A DNA stretch of 64,000 nt from Actinomycetaceae bacterium (GTDB taxonomy: Bacteria > Actinomycetota > Actinomycetes > Actinomycetales > Actinomycetaceae). The position numbers were made by a program, and so were the translations under genes. The notes beneath the pieces are model-generated. The model worked only from the letters and a program-made list of their open reading frames with translations. It was not told the origin of the DNA and made no database searches. Location of the stretch: positions 62,342-126,341 of the forward strand of contig JAUNLF010000004.1 of the NCBI GenBank assembly GCA_030532405.1. Reading direction: 5' to 3'. Shown one piece after another: positions 44,712 to 53,707 of the stretch; positions within the stretch are counted from its first letter, which is position 1, and the number at the start of each line of letters is the position of its first letter.

Positions 44712-46909
44712 GCCGGCAAACAAGCGTTTCAGGGCCGGGTTTCGAAGACGAGGACGACCTCGCGGCCGCTGTTAAAGAAGGCAGTACTCGCCGCGTTGCG
44801 GTCGCGTCGAACTCGCGGATGGGGGGTGACTCCGCGCGCTACGGCCTGCACATCCTAGTTGTTGCAGCCGACGAGGACGACTACTCGCGGCAAGCAGCCA
44901 AAGACCTAGACGGCCACTTGACCAACTGCGACGTGCGCGTAGCCAACGGTCTAGAAGGTGCCGCTAAAGCACTTGCCACGCAGTGCGACGACGAGGTCGA
45001 GTGCCTGGTCCCCGGCGTTATCATCACACCCCGGCTTGGCAAAGTTGACGAAGTTGTAGGCCGGCTCAAACAAAACCCGATACTAAACAAGTCGGGATTC
45101 GTCCTCCTGACCGATCAAAAGCGACACGACGACGTCGCAGAATCCGTCGGAGACGGGTCGCTCGTGTCCGTGGTCGCGGTTCCGTGGACGCAGCCGGCCA
45201 TCGTTGACCAGATCACCGCGGTCATTGACCGCTGGCTGTTTAACAACCTGCCGGACGCGGAGATCACGCGGTCAGTTATCGGCGGAGACCCCTACGACGA
45301 GCCGCGCGCGGGCGACCTCCTGTACGGTCTGGACACTCCCGGTGAAACCGTTCAACGCGTACTACTTGAAGGCATCGAACGCATCCTCGGCCCGCGTCCG
45401 CGAATGATCCTGCCCGAAGGTGTGAACCTAACCCGCCAGGGGGAGTCTGTGGACGCCGTGTACCTGGTGCTCCGCGGATCCGTGGCGCTACACAGGTCCT
45501 CGCAGTTCGGTGACGTACTACTGCACCACGCTACATCCGGCCCCCTCATCGGCCTGGTGTCGCTCGCGCGCCAACAGCGCGCCCTCTTCACGTCCACAAC
45601 CACGACAGAGGTCGAACTGATCCGCCTGTCCCTGGAACAACTCGAACTGGTCTTGCAACAGTCCCCCGACACTTCCGCAAACCTCGCGGTGGTCGCAATC
45701 CAGGCGCTCACGCAAAGGCTCGTGCGAGCAGAATACCTACACATCGAGCAAAACGAGCTTGCCGAACAGCTCGAAATCGAGCGGGGCAACCTGCAGGCCG
45801 CCCTCGAAGAGCTACGCAGCACGCGCGAACAGCTGGTTGATCAAACAAAGTTCGCCATGCTGGGCGAACTGTCCGCCGGCATTGCCCACGAGCTGAACAA
45901 CCCGGTGGCCGCACTGCAGCGCTCCACCCAGCACATCGCGCAAGACCTGGAAGCGGTACTCGGGTCGAGCTCCGACCTCGACGACGCATTACAAGCCATG
46001 GAACGCACGCTACACGCGCGGCCGCGATCAACGTCGGAAGACCGCGCGCTCGTCCGCCAAGTCATGGAGCACACGGGCGGCGACCGGGCGCTCGCAAAAC
46101 GGCTAGTCGCCGCGGAAATCACGCATCCGGACCAGATCAAGGCACTACTTAAAAAAGAACGATTCTTCGGGCGCCTGCGCGGCAAAACGACACCCATTCA
46201 GATCATTGAGGCCGCCGCCCACATCGGCCGGTCCGTCAAAAACTCGACGGTCGCATCAAACCGAATCACCGACCTAGTGTCGTCACTAAAAGCGTACGCG
46301 CGTCCCGACACGTCCCCCATCGAAGGCGTTGATTTACACGAAAACATCGAGGACGTACTACGCCTGACCAGCCACCGCACGCGCGGAGTTACCGTCGAGC
46401 GCGAGTACGGCAAACTCCCACCGATACGCTGCTATCCGGCACGGCTCGAACAGGTGTGGACAAACCTGGTGGTCAACGCGTCGGAGGCACTCGAGGACGA
46501 AGTTGAAGCCCTCACCCAGGCGGAGGCCTACGCGACCTCCGACAATCCGGATACGGGACAGGTACCAAAGTTCCAGCCCGCTCGCGGAACGGACGACCCG
46601 ACAATCACGATTTCGACCGCGCAAATCGACGAAAGCCACGTGCGCGTCACGATCACGGACAACGGGCCGGGCATCCCCGACGCGATCGTCGAGAAGATCA
46701 TGGAACCGCATTTCACCACCAAGGGCGGCCAAGTCCGGTTTGGGCTCGGCATGGGAATGTCGATTTCGAACTCGATCGTTGAGGACCACGGCGGAACGCT
46801 CACCATCGATTCCGAGCCCGGCCGCACCTCCATTTCAATTGTTTTGCCCATAGAAGGGCCCGCCGGGGAGCCTTCATCAAATACAGTGATAGAAGACAGC
46901 GAGGACTGA
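44708..46909 (+). CDS. Cytoplasmic sensor histidine kinase: pseudo-receiver-like N-domain + cyclic-nucleotide-binding domain + HisKA + HATPase
   Basis: The cNMP-like segment is ILPEGVNLTRQGESVDAVYLVLRGSVAL. H-box ELSAGIAHELNNP, G1 DNGPGIP, G2 GLGMGMS. I predict no TM helix. The ATG at 44708 overlaps the transporter stop (ATGA). Confidence 0.8.
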   Translation: MSRQTSVSGPGFEDEDDLAAAVKEGSTRRVAVASNSRMGGDSARYGLHILVVAADEDDYSRQAAKDLDGHLTNCDVRVANGLEGAAKALATQCDDEVECLVPGVIITPRLGKVDEVVGRLKQNPILNKSGFVLLTDQKRHDDVAESVGDGSLVSVVAVPWTQPAIVDQITAVIDRWLFNNLPDAEITRSVIGGDPYDEPRAGDLLYGLDTPGETVQRVLLEGIERILGPRPRMILPEGVNLTRQGESVDAVYLVLRGSVALHRSSQFGDVLLHHATSGPLIGLVSLARQQRALFTSTTTTEVELIRLSLEQLELVLQQSPDTSANLAVVAIQALTQRLVRAEYLHIEQNELAEQLEIERGNLQAALEELRSTREQLVDQTKFAMLGELSAGIAHELNNPVAALQRSTQHIAQDLEAVLGSSSDLDDALQAMERTLHARPRSTSEDRALVRQVMEHTGGDRALAKRLVAAEITHPDQIKALLKKERFFGRLRGKTTPIQIIEAAAHIGRSVKNSTVASNRITDLVSSLKAYARPDTSPIEGVDLHENIEDVLRLTSHRTRGVTVEREYGKLPPIRCYPARLEQVWTNLVVNASEALEDEVEALTQAEAYATSDNPDTGQVPKFQPARGTDDPTITISTAQIDESHVRVTITDNGPGIPDAIVEKIMEPHFTTKGGQVRFGLGMGMSISNSIVEDHGGTLTIDSEPGRTSISIVLPIEGPAGEPSSNTVIEDSED

Positions 46910-46915
46910 GGAGCC

Positions 46916-47386
46916 ATGAAACTTTCGATCCTAATTCTTGAAGACGAACCGGAAGTTCGCGACGCACTGGAGCGTGACCTGGAGCCTTTCGCGAACGACT
47001 GCCGCATCGAAGTTGCCGACACTGCCGACGACGCGTGGGCCGCGGTCGATGAGATTGACGAGGACGGCGACCTCCTGGCCCTTATCCTCGCCGACCACCG
47101 CCTGCCGGGGAAAACGGGCGTGGACCTGCTGGTCGAAATGTGCGACGACGACCGCACGATCGACACTCGTAAAGTCCTAGTGACCGGCCAGGCCGACCAG
47201 GAGGACACGATCCGCGCGTTGAATGACGCGAAACTCGACCACTACTTCGCGAAGCCGTGGGATGTGGACATGCTCCTTGACGTGGTGCGTAGCCAGTTGA
47301 CCGACTACGTCCTCATTATGGGAATTGATCCACTACCGCACCTGCGTGTTCTTGATGGCGTGCGAGTTATGGAAGCAATCAAGTAA
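46916..47386 (+). CDS. Stand-alone response regulator receiver (no output domain)
   Basis: ILILEDEPE, the phospho-acceptor context LILADHRLPG, VLVTGQAD and FAKPW. It is only 156 aa and starts 7 nt after the kinase stop. Confidence 0.85.
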   Translation: MKLSILILEDEPEVRDALERDLEPFANDCRIEVADTADDAWAAVDEIDEDGDLLALILADHRLPGKTGVDLLVEMCDDDRTIDTRKVLVTGQADQEDTIRALNDAKLDHYFAKPWDVDMLLDVVRSQLTDYVLIMGIDPLPHLRVLDGVRVMEAIK

Positions 47387-47403
47387 CCAGATTTCGATTT
47401 TTG

Positions 47404-47441
47404 AGGGCGGGCGGGGCTACCTTTTGATCCCCGCCCGCCCT
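47404..47441 (+). terminator. Rho-independent terminator after the response regulator
   Basis: AGGGCGGGCGGGG / CCCCGCCCGCCCT form a 13-bp perfect stem followed by TTTG. Confidence 0.7.
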
Positions 47442-47494
47442 TTGCGTGCGCTTCGCTTTTTATTCGCGAGGGCGGGCCGGCTTCTCATAAGGGT

Positions 47495-47531
47495 GCCCTT
47501 GGGATTCTTCTGAGCGAAGAACCCCAAGGGC
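47495..47531 (-). terminator. Stem-loop downstream of the SDR gene
   Basis: GCCCTTGGGATTCTTC / GAAGAACCCCAAGGGC form a 16-bp stem with one mismatch. There is no clear U-tract. Confidence 0.4.
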
Positions 47532-47550
47532 AGTGTCGCATTACGCGCGG

Positions 47551-48414
47551 TTACTCACCGTCGCGGATCTTGCGGAACTCGCGGTAATCTTCCATGCGCT
47601 GCATGTAGTAGTCCATTTGTTCGGGTCGGACAGGACCCGGGTAATCCTTGGCGCGGAACCACGCGTCGGTGCCACCGTCAAGGAAAATAACCGACCCGCA
47701 CAGGAAGTTAGCGGCCGGTGACAGCATGAAGATCACCCAGTGGGCAATGTCGTCGGGATTACCAAACCCGCCGACCGGTACGGGGAAGTCGAGTACCGCC
47801 TGCGCAGTTTCTGGGGTGGCCAGCTGCTTTTCAACCATGGGGGTCCTGATCGCGCCGGGTGCGAGGGCGTTCAGGCGGATACCCGCACCCGCCCACTCCA
47901 TCGTGGTAGCGGTTTCGCGAACCCAGTGCGCCAGTGCCGTCTTTGACGCCCCGTAAATCGCGGTCGCGGGAATCCTGGCTTGCTTCGAGATCTCCATCAC
48001 CTTGTCGAAGTCGCGCTCGCGGAATGCTTCAACTAGGTTCGGCGGCAGGCCCGGCAGCGTCGTGGTGGAGTTTGAGGAGAAGACTACGACCTTTGAGTCA
48101 ATACCTTCGGCAAGCAGGTCGCGGATGCCTTCCAGAATCTCGACGGTGCCCCAGTAGTTGACCTTTGCGATTAGTTCTTCGCGTCCCGGGATGGGGCCTA
48201 GGCCGGCGGCCAGGGCGGCGCCCTCTAGACGGCCACCGCTTAGTCGGTGGACTTCGTCGATGGCGTGCTTGCGTCCTTCGGATGTGGACAGGTCCGCAAT
48301 GATGTCCGCGTGGTGCAGGTCGATGCCGATTACCCGGTGGCCTTGCCATCGCAGTTGGTTAGCTGTGGACTTCCCCATGCCCGACGCTACACCCGTGACT
48401 AGATAAACACCCAT
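47551..48414 (-). CDS. SDR family oxidoreductase
   Basis: TGVASGMGKS (TGxxxGxG) and YGASKTAL (YxxxK). I prefer the start at MGVYLVTG (48414). Confidence 0.8.
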   Translation of the reverse strand: MGVYLVTGVASGMGKSTANQLRWQGHRVIGIDLHHADIIADLSTSEGRKHAIDEVHRLSGGRLEGAALAAGLGPIPGREELIAKVNYWGTVEILEGIRDLLAEGIDSKVVVFSSNSTTTLPGLPPNLVEAFRERDFDKVMEISKQARIPATAIYGASKTALAHWVRETATTMEWAGAGIRLNALAPGAIRTPMVEKQLATPETAQAVLDFPVPVGGFGNPDDIAHWVIFMLSPAANFLCGSVIFLDGGTDAWFRAKDYPGPVRPEQMDYYMQRMEDYREFRKIRDGE

Positions 48415-48579
48415 TGTGACTCCTATACCTGCGATTGAGAATAAAAAGAAGGGCCGGGCAGTGCCCAAACCCACTGCAAGTCTAGTGGCTCGCATGGTGG
48501 AATGGATCGACTCGAAGGATATTAATGCTATAGTTTACTAAACCTAAAGAGTGCGTAAAACTAAAGGAGGGGTTTAGTA

Positions 48580-49155
48580 ATGCTGATTGAGAATAGAGTC
48601 GCACTGTCCAGCATTTGCGTTGAGATTGGCGCCCCCGACCACCCGGTAACCTTGCAGGGTCTTGGCCTGGATCCCGAATTGTTGGAAGTCAGCGTTTTGG
48701 CGGCGCTCCAAAGGACCGGACAACAATCCATTGATTTCCTGCAACTTCCGGGCATTAACGCGGACTCTTTAATTCCCAAAGAACTGATTGTTAAGCTACG
48801 CGACCTTGTCGCGGAAGGACTCGTCCACAAATGGGGCATCCGGGCCCGCACTGTTAAGCAGGCTATGCGCGCCATGTCTTTCCTCGGCCTCGACTTCGTA
48901 TCAGTGTCCGCAGCCGACTTGGGGATGAGCGCAGTTCCCGGTATTCTGCGGGCGGCGAATCGAGCGAAAATGCCCGTCATGATCAGCGTCAGCGCGGACA
49001 CCTCGCCCCTAACCATCGCCGAGATTCGCGACAACCCCAGCGTCCTCGCGGTCCTAATCGAAGCTCGCAACGAGCAAGAGCAGGCCCTCGCAGACCGCAC
49101 CCTGACTTCGCTTTCATCCGGAAAGGAATATGCGTCAGCCATCAAGATCGCGTAG
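48580..49155 (+). CDS. Short aldo/keto-reductase-like protein (appears to lack the N-terminal catalytic half)
   Basis: Strong RBS (AAAGGAGG) before the ATG. SIDFLQLPG...LRDLVAEGLVHKWGIR resembles the AKR segment (Y)IDL(Y)Q(I)H...L..L...GK(IR)..G(V)S. At 191 aa it is well short of the ~320 aa typical of the family. Confidence 0.45.
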   Translation: MLIENRVALSSICVEIGAPDHPVTLQGLGLDPELLEVSVLAALQRTGQQSIDFLQLPGINADSLIPKELIVKLRDLVAEGLVHKWGIRARTVKQAMRAMSFLGLDFVSVSAADLGMSAVPGILRAANRAKMPVMISVSADTSPLTIAEIRDNPSVLAVLIEARNEQEQALADRTLTSLSSGKEYASAIKIA

Positions 49156-50137
49156 GCGCCCTCCCGCTCGCGGCGGACTTTACCCAACCCGGGTGCACAC
49201 GCCGCCCTCGGGCCCGCTGAGCCACGCCCTCGAGAATCGATTCCCTACCCTTCCAACGCAAGTCATCGCGCAAATGTTCGCCGCCGGAAACGTTGTTGAT
49301 TTTCGAGGGCGAGCTTTGGAGTCGCACACCGATTGCGCGGAAGTACCGCAAGGTGTCTGGATATATCGGCCCATTCCCGACGAGCCCGACCGGCCGATCC
49401 CCGTGAATATTCTGGCGCGCGGTGACGGGTGGATAGCGGTGGAAAAACCGCACGGACTCGCGACTATGCCTCGCGGAAGGTTCGTGGCGCGCAGCCTCAC
49501 GGTTGCCCTGCGCCGGCAAGAAGCAAACGACGACATCGTGTGCGCGCACCGCTTGGATCGCGCCACCGCCGGAGTCGTCCTCGCCGTCACCGACCCTGCC
49601 AAACGCGGCGCGTACCAGCGGCTCTTCCAAAACGGCGAGGTCAGCAAAACCTACCTGGCGGTCGCGCCCGCGAGACTCACGCAACCGGTGTTGTTGGACG
49701 GCGGCGCCGGCCATCTCCAAGTTTCCACGGGTAGCGACCAGCTGGGTGACTTCACGCGCGTACTATCCCGGATTGAAAAAGACGGCATCCGCATGCGAAA
49801 CGTCCCCGGCGTCCCCAATTCCGAAACAATCCTGCGTCCCGCCTCCAAAATTTTCACCCACGAGGGCGTGCCCGGCCTGCGCGTTTGGAAAGTCGAGCCC
49901 CTCACCGGGCGTACCCATCAGATTCGCGTCCACTTCGCCGGCCTCGGGGCGCCTATTGTGGGGGACCCACTGTACGGGGGAGCCTTGGCCTCCCCCTACG
50001 GCTGCGACGAACTTGTGGACGGCAGTGTTCACCTGCAACTACTCGCAAAGTCCCTACAGTTTCACGACCCGTTTAACGGCCAGCCCATCTTGATCACCAG
50101 CCACCGGCATCCGGACATGGGAATGCCCCGGAAGTAG
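49130..50137 (+). CDS. RluA family pseudouridine synthase
   Basis: The catalytic motif HRLDRATAGVVL and THQIRVH are present. The start is uncertain; 49130 overlaps the upstream gene by 26 nt. Confidence 0.8.
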   Translation: MRQPSRSRRRPPARGGLYPTRVHTPPSGPLSHALENRFPTLPTQVIAQMFAAGNVVDFRGRALESHTDCAEVPQGVWIYRPIPDEPDRPIPVNILARGDGWIAVEKPHGLATMPRGRFVARSLTVALRRQEANDDIVCAHRLDRATAGVVLAVTDPAKRGAYQRLFQNGEVSKTYLAVAPARLTQPVLLDGGAGHLQVSTGSDQLGDFTRVLSRIEKDGIRMRNVPGVPNSETILRPASKIFTHEGVPGLRVWKVEPLTGRTHQIRVHFAGLGAPIVGDPLYGGALASPYGCDELVDGSVHLQLLAKSLQFHDPFNGQPILITSHRHPDMGMPRK

Positions 50138-50165
50138 AACGCATTTCCCAGTTCTACTTCCGGGG
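50126..50165. terminator. Bidirectional stem-loop between convergent rluA-like and iol genes
   Basis: CCCCGGAAGTAGAAC / GTTCTACTTCCGGGG form a 15-bp perfect stem. The rluA-like stop codon lies inside the left arm. Confidence 0.55.
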
Positions 50166-50178
50166 CACAGCCAAAAAC

Positions 50179-51039
50179 TTAGGCCAAAGCCTTGAGCGCG
50201 GAGAATGACTTCAGAGCGTTCTCCTTCGGACCGCCGTCCGCGACAGGCTCCTCATCCAGCATGATGTCCTGCTCTAGAACGTAGTAGCCGTCAAAGCCGA
50301 CCTTATTCAACGCCTCCACGATCGCAGCGAAGTCGATATCGCCCTCACCGATCGGTGCGAACATGCCCTGCTTCACGCCCTCGGACCAAGTCAGTTCACC
50401 CGGCAGTAGCTTGTCGGTCTGATCCTTGTGAACATCCTTCGCGTGCACAATGTCAACGCGGTCAGCGTACTTCTTCGTCAGCTCCACAACGTCGGCGCCA
50501 CCGGCAGTAAGGTGCCCGGTGTCGAGGCACAAACCAACACTGGAGTTATCCAGAACCTTCTCGACCTCGTCAACATTTTGAACCATGGTTCCCCAGTGCG
50601 GGTGGATGCACGCGGTCACGCCCGCTTCCTTGCAAACCTCGGTGATGCGCGAAAGGTTAGAAAATAGGGTGCTCCAGCCTTCCTCATCCAAAACGGGACG
50701 ATTGTCGTAGCCGTCCTGGCCGGAATCAGCCGCGAGTACCAGGTAGTCGCCACCGGCCACCTTGAAAGCCTCCAACTCCTTGCGAACAGCCGGAATCGGA
50801 TCGTGGTTCGGATCGTGCATGACAGCAAGGAAGAAAGAGCCAACCGGCTTCAGACCAAACTTAGAAACAGCCTCGGCGCGAGCCTCAGGCTCCTCGGGAA
50901 GCCATCCTTGCGGGCCGAACTCGGTTGCTTCCAGGCCCATATCTTTCATTTCCTTGAGGACGCGATCCGGGCTCATCTGGTAGCCCCAGCCGGGAACCTC
51001 GCAAACGCCCCAAGAAATGGGAGCTCCTGCAATCTGCAT
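50179..51039 (-). CDS. Xylose-isomerase-like TIM-barrel sugar phosphate isomerase/epimerase (IolE/IolI-like)
   Basis: MQIAGAPISWGVCEVPGWG at the N-terminus and CLDTGHL. It is adjacent to iolG. Confidence 0.7.
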   Translation of the reverse strand: MQIAGAPISWGVCEVPGWGYQMSPDRVLKEMKDMGLEATEFGPQGWLPEEPEARAEAVSKFGLKPVGSFFLAVMHDPNHDPIPAVRKELEAFKVAGGDYLVLAADSGQDGYDNRPVLDEEGWSTLFSNLSRITEVCKEAGVTACIHPHWGTMVQNVDEVEKVLDNSSVGLCLDTGHLTAGGADVVELTKKYADRVDIVHAKDVHKDQTDKLLPGELTWSEGVKQGMFAPIGEGDIDFAAIVEALNKVGFDGYYVLEQDIMLDEEPVADGGPKENALKSFSALKALA

Positions 51040-51113
51040 GTTTTTCTCCTTCGAAAAGATTGTGTTAAAGAAAGTGATTAGTAAAGGGGGAGTTGGACAA
51101 GAGAGGTGGGCGG

Positions 51114-52100
51114 TTACAGTGAAACCGGGCCGCCCGACTTAGCACTTTCACCAGCGGCTTCAGCAATCTTAAGAGCGGCAATGCCGTCGTGAATGCTAGG
51201 AGCAAAGCTACCTTCGCCCTCAATCGCCCGAATGAACGTGTCTAGCTCGTTGTAGTAGGCGCTTTCGTAACGCTCTAGGAAGAAGTCCAGGTAGGGCTGC
51301 TGAGCCTCGGTGTAGTCCGCGGTGGAACTACGAACCGTGGTGGCGCGAACATTGTCTGCAAATAGCGCGCCCTTCGGGCCGAAGGCCTCGAGCCTCTGAT
51401 CGTAACCCGAAGCGCAGTGGCGCGAGTTAACAATCGTTGCAACCTTGCCGTCAGCGTTCTTCAACACGATGATCGCAGCGTCAAAGTCGCCCGTATCAGC
51501 CAGGTCGGGATCCAAGTTCTGTCCGATCGCGGTCACTTCGGTGATTTCTCCAAGGAAGAAACGAGCCATGTCAAAGTCGTGGATCGTCATGTCCTTGAAA
51601 ATGCCGCCCGAAACAGCGATGTACTCCTTCGGCGGGGCCGCCGGGTCGCGCGAGATGATAGTCAGCTGCTCCACATCGCCAATGTGGCCCTGGTCAACCA
51701 GGTTGTGAATGTGAGAGAAGTTCGGGTCAAACCGGCGGTTAAATCCGAGCATTACGCGCGGATTGAACCCTTCCAGCTCATCTTCAAGCGTTGCTACGGC
51801 CTCAGAATCCATGGCGATCGGCTTTTCGCAAAGAACAGCCTTACCGGCCTTCACGCCCTCCGAAATGTGGGTAACGTGAAGCGGAGTCGGGGAGCAGACA
51901 ATAACGGCGTCAATATCCTCATTGTTGAAAATATCGGGCGCTTCAGTGACAGCTTTCGCGTCGTACTGATCCGCAAGCTTTTGCGCCGCCTCAATAACCG
52001 GATCCGAGATGGCAACTAGTTTGGCCTCTGGATGCTGAAAGATCGAACGCGCATGCACCTGTCCGATGCGGCCAGCGCCGATAATTCCAAAGCGAATCAT
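51114..52100 (-). CDS. iolG: Inositol 2-dehydrogenase (Gfo/Idh/MocA family)
   Basis: IRFGIIGAGRIGQVHA and VLCEKPIA, with iol context. The substrate call is by context only. Confidence 0.75.
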   Translation of the reverse strand: MIRFGIIGAGRIGQVHARSIFQHPEAKLVAISDPVIEAAQKLADQYDAKAVTEAPDIFNNEDIDAVIVCSPTPLHVTHISEGVKAGKAVLCEKPIAMDSEAVATLEDELEGFNPRVMLGFNRRFDPNFSHIHNLVDQGHIGDVEQLTIISRDPAAPPKEYIAVSGGIFKDMTIHDFDMARFFLGEITEVTAIGQNLDPDLADTGDFDAAIIVLKNADGKVATIVNSRHCASGYDQRLEAFGPKGALFADNVRATTVRSSTADYTEAQQPYLDFFLERYESAYYNELDTFIRAIEGEGSFAPSIHDGIAALKIAEAAGESAKSGGPVSL

Positions 52101-52184
52101 ATTATTCTCCTTTGAATAAATGGATTAAAGGTGCCGCCGCCGAGCCGTCAAGGCGGCGACACCGGTCTTAGTGGATATTCAAAA

Positions 52185-53264
52185 CTACGGGGCGGGAACC
52201 AGAATGTCGCGAACCAGCGCGTCCAGATCCGCGTCCGCCGCGAGGAACTGACGCAAAGTCTTTCGGGTCGGACCGAAATCCTTAAACTCTTCAACACTCA
52301 TGCCGTCCACGTCGTACGCCTTGCTAAAGTCGGGAATGCGACGAAGCTGCTCAATGTAGTGCTCGTCAACAGGCTCATCCATGCGCGGTTCGAACTTGTA
52401 GTCAGAATCGTTAATGATCTGCGCCCACTTAAACGGAGGCGAAACCACAACGTCGCCACCTTGGAACTCCGACCACTGGTAGACGTTCCTGAAGGCCGCG
52501 CTAAGCAGGCGGGAGCGGAATCCGCGTTCCTGGAAAATCCCGTACGCCTTCTTGAAGGCCGCAACGCCCGCCCATTCCAACGCGGATGCATCAATGAAAA
52601 TGCCGTCACGCTTAACCACGTGCTTTAGCCAGTCATCCAGGCGACCAACCATGATGGTGACCACCGGACCCATGTCTTCCGTCGGCAGACCTTCCTTGTC
52701 GCGACGTTCTAGGCCTCGCTCAATAGCTTCGGCAGCCCGAACGGCCTGCGCGACGGTAAACGAAACAGTTACGTTGATCGAAACACCGCGGTAGGTGGCG
52801 TCCTCAATGGCCTCGATTCCGATTTCGGTTGCCGGAATCTTCACGACGATGTTCGGAGCCATCTTGTGGAACTCTTCAGCCTGGTCGGCAAGCTTCTTCG
52901 CATCGCGGTGGAAACGCGGGTCGGTCTGCACCGAAAGGCGACCATTGCGACCGCCCTCGCGCTCAAAAATAGGTTCTAGTAGTTTGGCTGCCTCTACGGA
53001 CATGTCTTTAACGGCTTGCCAGCCGATCTCAGACTCGCCCCAGGTGGGATTGTCCTGTGCGATCTTGCGAATACGGTCCGTCCAGATCTCCGGGTAGCGA
53101 GCGATCGTGGTGTATGCAATGACCGGGTTGCAGGTCGCGCCCACACCACCAAACGAGATTGACTGACGCAACTCGTTTAAGTCTGACGAGTCATTCCACA
53201 ATGCAGTGGGAGTGTTTTCAACCGCATCGCGCAGCGGTCCGGGGGTAGGCTTAATCTCTTCCAT
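52185..53264 (-). CDS. Transaldolase family protein
   Basis: GATCNPVI and VKIPAT (Schiff-base Lys context). The ATG at 53264 is preceded by AGGAGAACC. Confidence 0.75.
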   Translation of the reverse strand: MEEIKPTPGPLRDAVENTPTALWNDSSDLNELRQSISFGGVGATCNPVIAYTTIARYPEIWTDRIRKIAQDNPTWGESEIGWQAVKDMSVEAAKLLEPIFEREGGRNGRLSVQTDPRFHRDAKKLADQAEEFHKMAPNIVVKIPATEIGIEAIEDATYRGVSINVTVSFTVAQAVRAAEAIERGLERRDKEGLPTEDMGPVVTIMVGRLDDWLKHVVKRDGIFIDASALEWAGVAAFKKAYGIFQERGFRSRLLSAAFRNVYQWSEFQGGDVVVSPPFKWAQIINDSDYKFEPRMDEPVDEHYIEQLRRIPDFSKAYDVDGMSVEEFKDFGPTRKTLRQFLAADADLDALVRDILVPAP

Positions 53265-53707
53265 GAGGTTCTCCTGTCGACTTTGTTGCCTAGCGTCGTC
53301 GCTAAACTCACCTGCAACTATTTGAACGTACAAATAATAAGCTTGTCAAGTCTTTGTACGTACAATGTTACCGTAACTTCGGTGTTTGGGTAATAGAATA
53401 TCGTTAGAGCGCGCAAAAGGTTGTGGGGTGCGTAAGGTCGAAACTTCGAGGACACTCGGCGGTAGCTAAATTTGAGCGATTTTCCGTAATCCACCTTACA
53501 AGAACCCGTCGACATTAGGTGGCAACCAGGGCAATTGTGGGCCCTTTGGTTTTGGCGCGTGCCATGAATTTGTTAGGTCAAAAAGCTTGAAATGATTTAC
53601 AAAGAGCCATAATGTTCAAGCATGGTCACCGCGGTAATCCAAATTGGATACCTAATTTTTCGCCGGTGACGCGGGAAAACCAGTCCGGTAGTTAGCAAAG
53701 GAGCAAC

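Noticed and set aside
53571-53582. Shared 12-mer TGTTAGGTCAAA upstream of two iol-region genes (53571-53582 and 63826-63837), considered as a common operator.
   Set aside because: A back-of-envelope estimate shows that several chance 12-mer matches are expected even among the intergenic DNA of a 64-kb window. The two copies also sit at very different distances from their start codons (126 vs 33 nt).
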